Shown: one piece after another, positions 25,725 to 32,000 of the stretch
Layout of the letters: every line of letters starts with the position of its first letter
Numbering within the stretch: position 1 is the stretch's first letter
Assembly: GCA_030606485.1 (NCBI GenBank)
Contig: JAUWGH010000008.1
Location: forward strand, 120,001 to 152,000
Direction: 5' to 3'
Source: Promethearchaeota archaeon
Lineage (GTDB): Archaea > Asgardarchaeota > Lokiarchaeia > Sigyniarchaeales > SOKP01
DNA: 32,000 nucleotides
Notes under the pieces: model-generated
Told to the model about the DNA's origin: nothing
Seen by the model: the letters and a program-made list of their open reading frames with translations, nothing else
Databases searched by the model: none
Position numbers and translations under genes: made by a program

Positions 25725-27584
25725 ATGCCAGATTTAAAGGATTTTCATGTAGATGAAAATAAAGTTTGGTTTACTGGTGGACATTGGCCAGAAGGAGTAC
25801 CTCATCAAATATATGATGTTGAAGATATATCAGTAGAACCTTTATATGAAGGATTTTTAACTGCAGCAGATAAATATAATCTGTGGGATAAAGATATTTG
25901 CATTTTTGTATTAAGTAGTCATTTAGAAAGAATAAAATTAAGAGCTTTAATTGATTATGCAAAAAGATTTGGAACTTTTCTTTATGATCTCGGTATAAGA
26001 AAAGGTGATGTTGTTGCAATTGATTTGCCTAATTCTATTAATTTCGTGGTTGCATACATTGGTTGCCAGTATATAGGTGCAGTAGTTGCTGGAGTTAATC
26101 CAACATATAAACCGATGGAACTTTTACATGAACTTACAATAACGGGAGCAAAGGTATTAGTTGTAATGGATGCATTATATGTTGCAGGACCTAATCAAAT
26201 ATTACCTAAAACTAGCATAAAATACTTAATTTCTACAAATCTTTTAGATTTTGTAACTGCTAAAGGAGAGGTATTTGAAAAATTGAGAAACGCACTCCCA
26301 GATTTTCAAAGTTCTGTTCCAGATAGAGGAGAGACTTTTAAAACATTTAGAATGAGAAAGATTATCGATGAAACAGAACCAAAAGAAATTAAGATTGAAA
26401 TTGATCCATGGGAGGATCCTGCAGTATATTTAATGACTGGTGGAACAACTGGACTTCCTAAAGCAGCTGTCTTAACTCACGCAAATTTAATAACAGATTT
26501 ACAAATTATGAAACCTTGGACAAAAATTGAACCAGGAATGATAACAATTGGTTCACTTCCCTTCTTTCATGTCTTTGGGATGACTTGCGTTATGAATGCA
26601 AGTTTGTCCATCGGGATGACAATGCTTTTATTTCCAAAACCTCCTCCCGACGATGTTTTATGTGAAACAATAAACCATATTGATGCCCCTGAAGGGATAA
26701 TGTATACAGGGGTCGAAATGCTCTTTAAACGATTGACAGATTTTGTTGAAGGAATGGGAGAAGAAGAGTTTAAAAAGAAATATGATATTTGGAAAAAATT
26801 GAAATTTGCAACTCAAGGTGCAGGACCACTTCATGATTACGTTCGAATACCTTTTGAGCGAATATTTAATTGTCCAATTCGGTCAGGTTATGGTTTAACA
26901 GAAACCTCTCCTGTTTTAAGTATAGCTCCTTTTTGGGGAGAGCATAAAACTGGAAAATTAGGTTTGCCTTTATCAGGTGTAGATTGGGCTATATTTGACC
27001 CAAACAATTTTGAAGCAGGTCCCATTTGTGATGGTACTAAAGAAAGGGGAAATTTTGGTATTGAACATACCGGAGAAATTTGCGTTTCTGGTTCAATGAT
27101 ACTGAAGGAATATTTAGGGGAATTTAAAGAAAAAGAAGATAATTTAAAGATGTGGGGTGGAAAACGCTGGCTTATGACTGGAGATATTGGGTTTATGGAT
27201 GAACAAGGATATGTTGAAATTAGAGACCGTAAAAAATCTCTAATAAAAGTCTCAGGGCATAGTGTTTTTCCAAAAGAAGTTGAAGAATTGATGGCAAACC
27301 ATGAAATGGTTGATGAGGTCGGTATTGCTGGAATACCAGATGAAATGACGGGGGAAGCAGTAAAAGCTTGGGTTACTTTAAAACAAGGTTATAAAGCAGG
27401 AAAGGATATTGATTCTGAAACTTTGAAGAAATGGTGTCAAGAAAATATGGCAAAATGGAAATCTCCTAAATATATTGAGTTTCTTAGGAGATTGCCTGTA
27501 AGTATTACTGGGAAAGTTCAAAGAAGAGTATTACAAGAAAAAGATCTTGATAAATTGAAAAAAGGAAAAGAAATTAAGGGCTAA
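25725..27584 (+). CDS. Long-chain fatty-acid/acyl-CoA ligase (AMP-binding enzyme)
   Basis: 'MTGGTTGLPKAAVLTH', 'LPFFHVFG', 'GYGLTETSP', 'TGDIG.MDEQGY..IRDRKK', 'TGKVQRR'. Confidence 0.93.
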   Translation: MPDLKDFHVDENKVWFTGGHWPEGVPHQIYDVEDISVEPLYEGFLTAADKYNLWDKDICIFVLSSHLERIKLRALIDYAKRFGTFLYDLGIRKGDVVAIDLPNSINFVVAYIGCQYIGAVVAGVNPTYKPMELLHELTITGAKVLVVMDALYVAGPNQILPKTSIKYLISTNLLDFVTAKGEVFEKLRNALPDFQSSVPDRGETFKTFRMRKIIDETEPKEIKIEIDPWEDPAVYLMTGGTTGLPKAAVLTHANLITDLQIMKPWTKIEPGMITIGSLPFFHVFGMTCVMNASLSIGMTMLLFPKPPPDDVLCETINHIDAPEGIMYTGVEMLFKRLTDFVEGMGEEEFKKKYDIWKKLKFATQGAGPLHDYVRIPFERIFNCPIRSGYGLTETSPVLSIAPFWGEHKTGKLGLPLSGVDWAIFDPNNFEAGPICDGTKERGNFGIEHTGEICVSGSMILKEYLGEFKEKEDNLKMWGGKRWLMTGDIGFMDEQGYVEIRDRKKSLIKVSGHSVFPKEVEELMANHEMVDEVGIAGIPDEMTGEAVKAWVTLKQGYKAGKDIDSETLKKWCQENMAKWKSPKYIEFLRRLPVSITGKVQRRVLQEKDLDKLKKGKEIKG

Positions 27585-27590
27585 AAATTC

Positions 27591-27614
27591 TTTTTTTTTT
27601 TTATTATTTTTTTT
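27591..27614 (+). terminator. Oligo-T terminator candidate after the acyl-CoA ligase
   Basis: T12 run followed by further T tracts 6 nt after the stop codon. Confidence 0.5.
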
Positions 27615-28005
27615 AATCAATTAATTCGCCTTTTAAATTCTCAAATGCAAAATATGAAGTTGAAAATGTCTTAACATTCAACAACATGGTTATCTATTTT
27701 TTTTGCGATTTTTTCAGCAGTTAATTTCGGATTGATTCGACCCGTGGATCTTTCAATGATAACACCAAAAATACCTTGGCTTATAATAATTGTACCAAAC
27801 ACTTGATAAAATATTTCAAAAGTATTTTCAGCACCAAAATCTTTCATAAAAAAAATGTTGCTAAAAAAATATCTGTTAGAGATGCGATGGAACTATACAT
27901 GAACCAATGAAATAAAAAACCTCCACCAAACCAAACTAGTATCAGAATTAATGGTACTTTAATTTCCCCTATAAAAATATCAAATTTAACAAGTAATTTT
28001 CCCAT
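27613..28005 (-). pseudogene. Frameshifted and truncated K+-channel/TrkA(RCK)-like gene remnant (absent from ORF track)
   Basis: ATG 28005 reads MGKLLVKFD...TM...DIFLATFFL-stop. Adding one T to the T8 run (27848..27855) continues MKDFGAENTFEIFYQVFGTIIISQGIFG...INPKLTAEKIAKKIDNHVVEC-stop (27671), which breaks just where an RCK 'HVIxxGxG' strand would begin. Confidence 0.55.
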
Positions 28006-28104
28006 ATTTTATCTACCTTCGATAGATGATAATAAATAATTTAAGGACATCACTTTAATTATAGATATAGAACACTTAAAAAAATAAGATTCAATGCGAT
28101 CGAT

Positions 28105-28872
28105 ATGACTTTACAAGATGATATTATGAGGGCAGCGGAAATTATAGGAAAGAGCAACCTTATAGTGGTATTTACTGGAGCCGGTATCTCAACAGAATCA
28201 GAAATCCCGGATTTCCGAAGTCCAGGGGGCTTATGGAGTAAATATGATCCTGATGTATATGCGAATTATTTTCTATTTCTAAAAAATCCATCACCATTTT
28301 GGACGATGCATCATGAAGTTGTTGATATGTTGTTAATAGCTAAGCCTAACCTTGCACATTACTCAATTTTTGAATTGGAAAAAATGGGAAAATTAAAAGC
28401 CATTATTACTCAAAATGTTGATATGCTTCATCAAAGGGCGGGTTCAGGAACAGTTAATGATGTTCCTATCTATGAATTGCATGGAGCATTTGGTGAATTA
28501 TACTGTATGAAATGTAATAAAAAATATAATCACGATGAAATAAAAGACCTTTTAACAGAAAAGGAAAAGATTGTGCCTTATTGCGAATGTGGAGGTGTTA
28601 TTAAACCAACTACGATTTTATTTGGCGAACAACTTCCTTCAAAAATTTTATCTGGTGCTATTAACGCTTGCAATAATTGTGATTGTTTTTTAATGATTGG
28701 AAGTTCGTTATTAGTTACTCCCGCAAACCAAATGCCTTATTCCGCAAAAAAAAAAGGAGCCAAAGTAATTTTTATAAATAAAGAGGATACTTTTATGAAT
28801 AATATAGCTGATTTCTTCTTAAAAGGAAAAGTAGGTGAAATACTACCAAAAATAATTTCTTATTTAAAATAG
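28105..28872 (+). CDS. cobB: Sir2-family NAD-dependent protein deacylase
   Basis: 'FTGAGISTESEIPDFRSPGG', 'TQNVDMLHQRAG', 'ELHG', CxxC...CxC zinc site, 'GSSLLV.PA', 'INKE'. Confidence 0.95.
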   Translation: MTLQDDIMRAAEIIGKSNLIVVFTGAGISTESEIPDFRSPGGLWSKYDPDVYANYFLFLKNPSPFWTMHHEVVDMLLIAKPNLAHYSIFELEKMGKLKAIITQNVDMLHQRAGSGTVNDVPIYELHGAFGELYCMKCNKKYNHDEIKDLLTEKEKIVPYCECGGVIKPTTILFGEQLPSKILSGAINACNNCDCFLMIGSSLLVTPANQMPYSAKKKGAKVIFINKEDTFMNNIADFFLKGKVGEILPKIISYLK

Positions 28873-29059
28873 ATTGAAAAATTCTTTTATATTTGATTAA
28901 TTAAATTTTCTCTTTCAGAAAATTAACATTATTGATGAAAATATTTCTCAAATAATCAGTTGCTTTAAATATTTTAAAACATATATAGATTTTAATCAAT
29001 TTTATTGATAAATTTTTTAAAATCGACGAAATCAAATTTAAATAAAAAAAGTGAAAAAT

Positions 29060-32000
29060 ATGGTAAAGAAAATAAAAATATTTTCATTTGCTACATTGTT
29101 ATCATTACTTTTGTTTACTATATTAAACGGATCATTTTCAATCGCTACATCAATGCAAGGTCAAGGTGCATCATTTGACTTGGACGAAGATGACCCAATT
29201 GCATTTGGAGCTATTATTCCAGACACAAATATGTATACCGCTGTAAGTATAAATGGATTTAACCAAGGAAAATTTGTTCAGTTGGATTATAGAGGTAATC
29301 CAATAGCAACTGAAGAAATTAATGTTCCAGGAGATGATATTTCTTCGGTTTATCCGTGGTATTTTGATGGTGGTGGTAGTAGAATATATACACCAACAAA
29401 TAATAATTATACTGATCCATGGGACGTTAGATGGCTAAATGTAAGTGCTTTTGATGCAGAGAGTGAAACTCTTTCGCCTTTCAATATAAGTACAGTCTGG
29501 AATTATTATACAATGTCTGAAGGTGGTTCATTGAATGTCCACTTAAATTCTTCTATTCCGATGGTAATTGATATAAATATTAATTCAATTGGTCCTAAAA
29601 TATTAAAATATGATTGGTTGACCGATTCTGTACCCAGTATTACCTCATTTGCTAAACACTTAATCTCTCCATCTGGAATTCCTGTAGATATAGACACAAA
29701 AACCATCAAAACTACGCCTTGGGCACCTGAATCATTTAACATTTTAACATTCGTAGCTCCAGAACCAGGAGTATATAGACTATTAATGGATGTTAACTAT
29801 GTTTCACCAACAATTATGCGTTTACAATTTCTCGATTATGACATAGGAACATTAAATATAGGTGCAATACAATACGGTGGAAACGCTGAAGAAATTCCTA
29901 ATTCTCAAGAACTATTGGATGTGAGATGGAGTTCAGAATGGCATCAATTCAGCGGTGAAAAGGGAGAAAAGTTTAGATTAGATATTGGACTCGATTTTGA
30001 ACAAGCGCCTGGTTCAGCCTATGTAGACATTTGGATTCCTACCGCTTCGGGACATTCACGATTACCAGCAGGTTGGGGTACATATTCGATCTACTTGCCA
30101 ATAAGTGGAAACGTATATGTTTCTGTCACTGATCAATATTATCAAAATCTTTATAGATATTCCTTATATCTAACGAAGATACCAGCTACATATTGGAATA
30201 TGAGTACTACTTTGGATACTTCCATCAAGGTATCAAAAGATGAAATAAAAGGTGTAGATTTCACTATAGAAGAAGACTCATTTGTTAGAATAAATTCAAC
30301 GAGTTACGGTAGCGGAGAAGCTGATTGGGGACGCAGGACTGGATCTCAAGCGTTGATTTTTAAAGATGCGAAAAAAATTGCTGGTTTTGAAGAAATCGCT
30401 CCAATTGAAACCAAGACCGTTGATGGTAATAATTTTTATTACTATTATTTACCTAAAGGTGAATATGAGTTCATAATATGGAATACAGAACCTAAATACG
30501 ATAGCGTTTTACAATTAAGTTCCAAATTTGTTAAATACAGTACTGCTAAAATCCCAATAAATCCATTAACTTATCCAAACCATAATCCATCAATATCTGC
30601 AGCAATTGAATTCACTCCTGATGAATATTATACAAGCCTTAAAGAAGCATATTGGGTTGAGATTAACATTACAGAACCAGGACAATATAGATTGAATACC
30701 ACAATTTGGGTATCTGATCATTCAAGTTATCTTCCTGCCACAGTGAATCCATCTGCAGTTATTGTATATAATAATAATACAGATACATATCATGATTGGA
30801 CTGCAGAATGTATTGACGCTACACTTTCTTTCCCCGCATTTCCTGAGAACCAAGTTGGTGATTGCCTTTTTATTGCACATCCACAGAAATGGGCGGATAT
30901 ACATTATGATTTCTCGCAATTTGGGAGTTCTAGGCAGGTTTCTCTATACATATGGGATGGGGATTGGAATAATCCTCTATCTTATACTGATAATACAGTA
31001 GTTGGATGGTCGGCTTTCAGGCAAGATGGTAGTCAAGATATCAATATAAAAGATAATAATTTTACAGAGTGGATAAAGGGATGTGATTTTGATGTTCTAG
31101 ATATTGATGAGGATTTATATTATTGGATGGCAATAAACTGTTCTGATAATATTGGAACTGGATTGCCGTATATTCAACACTTAACCCTGTCAAATATTAC
31201 AATCGATGGAGATGTTAATTTTTATCTTATAGGAGAGAGCGGTTATGAATATTGTGATTTTTGGGAACCTTCAGCGATAAACCAACCAGACAGTATAGAT
31301 AATGGAGATGATGATTTTGTTATTAACATAAATCAATCTAATAATTTTGCCACTGGTGAAACATGGATTTTAGATCAGGACAAAAATCATCACATGATCG
31401 GAATTGAGCCAGGTGCATACAAACTTTTAATAATTCCTGCATATTGGAGTCATCCTGGTCCAATAAAACTCCGTTTTGCTATAGAAAATTATATGCCTTA
31501 TGCTATGAAAAGATCTTATAATATTACAACAAATCCAACTTACCATCCATGGGAAATAATTGATGATGTACTTGATCCGGAAAAACCATGGCAAAAAGTA
31601 AATTATTCACTCTATTCATACGGAGCAACTATTAAATTTAATAATACATTAGTCGATATTGATCCATTGAGTCCAGACGGTAGTAAAGTATTTGTCGAAT
31701 GTTATGGTAATGCAATTGATTGGACTCAATTGGTTGTATGCATTAATAATGTTAGTTCCTATGATCTCTACTTAATGCAGAATCTTACATGGATAGACAA
31801 TTTTGGACCAAACGATGAAATTAAGGCTATTGCTACAGGTGTTAATGATAATAGTACATTTGAATTTGGAGTATTGACTGATACTTTTACTCTTATCTTT
31901 GTATTTGATGAACAAATGGCAAATGAAACAATTACCTTCAAACTTGGATTAAGTCAATATGATACAATTCGAATCTTAGCAGAAACGCCAATTACAACAG
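29060..32000 (+). CDS. Large secreted/cell-surface beta-rich protein, 3'-partial (>980 aa; absent from ORF track)
   Basis: Hand translation is open from ATG 29060 to the window end. It starts with a signal-peptide-like MVKKIKIFSFATLLSLLLFTIL, is rich in Asn/Thr/Asp/Tyr/Trp, has about 20 N-x-S/T sequons and recurring PGxYxL strands. Confidence 0.85.
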   Translation, partial: MVKKIKIFSFATLLSLLLFTILNGSFSIATSMQGQGASFDLDEDDPIAFGAIIPDTNMYTAVSINGFNQGKFVQLDYRGNPIATEEINVPGDDISSVYPWYFDGGGSRIYTPTNNNYTDPWDVRWLNVSAFDAESETLSPFNISTVWNYYTMSEGGSLNVHLNSSIPMVIDININSIGPKILKYDWLTDSVPSITSFAKHLISPSGIPVDIDTKTIKTTPWAPESFNILTFVAPEPGVYRLLMDVNYVSPTIMRLQFLDYDIGTLNIGAIQYGGNAEEIPNSQELLDVRWSSEWHQFSGEKGEKFRLDIGLDFEQAPGSAYVDIWIPTASGHSRLPAGWGTYSIYLPISGNVYVSVTDQYYQNLYRYSLYLTKIPATYWNMSTTLDTSIKVSKDEIKGVDFTIEEDSFVRINSTSYGSGEADWGRRTGSQALIFKDAKKIAGFEEIAPIETKTVDGNNFYYYYLPKGEYEFIIWNTEPKYDSVLQLSSKFVKYSTAKIPINPLTYPNHNPSISAAIEFTPDEYYTSLKEAYWVEINITEPGQYRLNTTIWVSDHSSYLPATVNPSAVIVYNNNTDTYHDWTAECIDATLSFPAFPENQVGDCLFIAHPQKWADIHYDFSQFGSSRQVSLYIWDGDWNNPLSYTDNTVVGWSAFRQDGSQDINIKDNNFTEWIKGCDFDVLDIDEDLYYWMAINCSDNIGTGLPYIQHLTLSNITIDGDVNFYLIGESGYEYCDFWEPSAINQPDSIDNGDDDFVININQSNNFATGETWILDQDKNHHMIGIEPGAYKLLIIPAYWSHPGPIKLRFAIENYMPYAMKRSYNITTNPTYHPWEIIDDVLDPEKPWQKVNYSLYSYGATIKFNNTLVDIDPLSPDGSKVFVECYGNAIDWTQLVVCINNVSSYDLYLMQNLTWIDNFGPNDEIKAIATGVNDNSTFEFGVLTDTFTLIFVFDEQMANETITFKLGLSQYDTIRILAETPITT

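Noticed and set aside
27659-27682. Hairpin at the K+-channel remnant junction as a second BHB intron
   Set aside because: It lacks the two 3-nt bulges and 4-bp central helix, and removing it would not restore a full-length protein.
1-32000. CRISPR arrays, tRNA/rRNA genes, IS elements or integrases
   Set aside because: No regularly spaced repeats, cloverleaf/rRNA-like GC-rich segments, or transposase/recombinase motifs were seen by eye. In-frame BHB introns in other genes cannot be excluded without a computational scan.

Overview
AT-rich archaeal window, most consistent with an Asgard (Lokiarchaeota/Promethearchaeota-like) chromosome. This assignment is inferred from archaeal-type Taw2 and Trm11, a split B12 mutase, GAGGTG/GGAGG Shine-Dalgarno sites, TTG starts and oligo-T terminators. 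Gene content is mostly anaerobic acyl-CoA/cobalamin metabolism: a CoA-transferase beta-like protein, an acyl-CoA mutase large subunit + B12-binding small subunit + MeaB, a corrinoid protein + MtaA-family methyltransferase, acyl-CoA dehydrogenase + EtfB + ferredoxin-EtfA, an acyl-CoA ligase, a LarA-family protein and IlvC. It also holds a taw2-GIFT-trm11-nth run, Sir2, a small accessory block with a DUF433/DUF5615 pair, a K+-channel-like pseudogene, and a >980-aa secreted glycoprotein-like ORF running off the right edge. Key observation: the B12-binding mutase subunit gene (5675..6105, minus strand) is interrupted inside its DxHxxG motif by a 32-nt insertion (6028..6059) that folds into a canonical bulge-helix-bulge (BHB) splicing-endonuclease substrate. 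Cutting at the canonical BHB sites restores the frame and the motif exactly, so this is a candidate tRNA-type intron in a metabolic mRNA. Second structural signal: an 85-bp direct repeat (73/85 identical by hand alignment) of the meaB 3' end brackets the accessory block. No rRNA, tRNA, CRISPR array or transposase was recognised.
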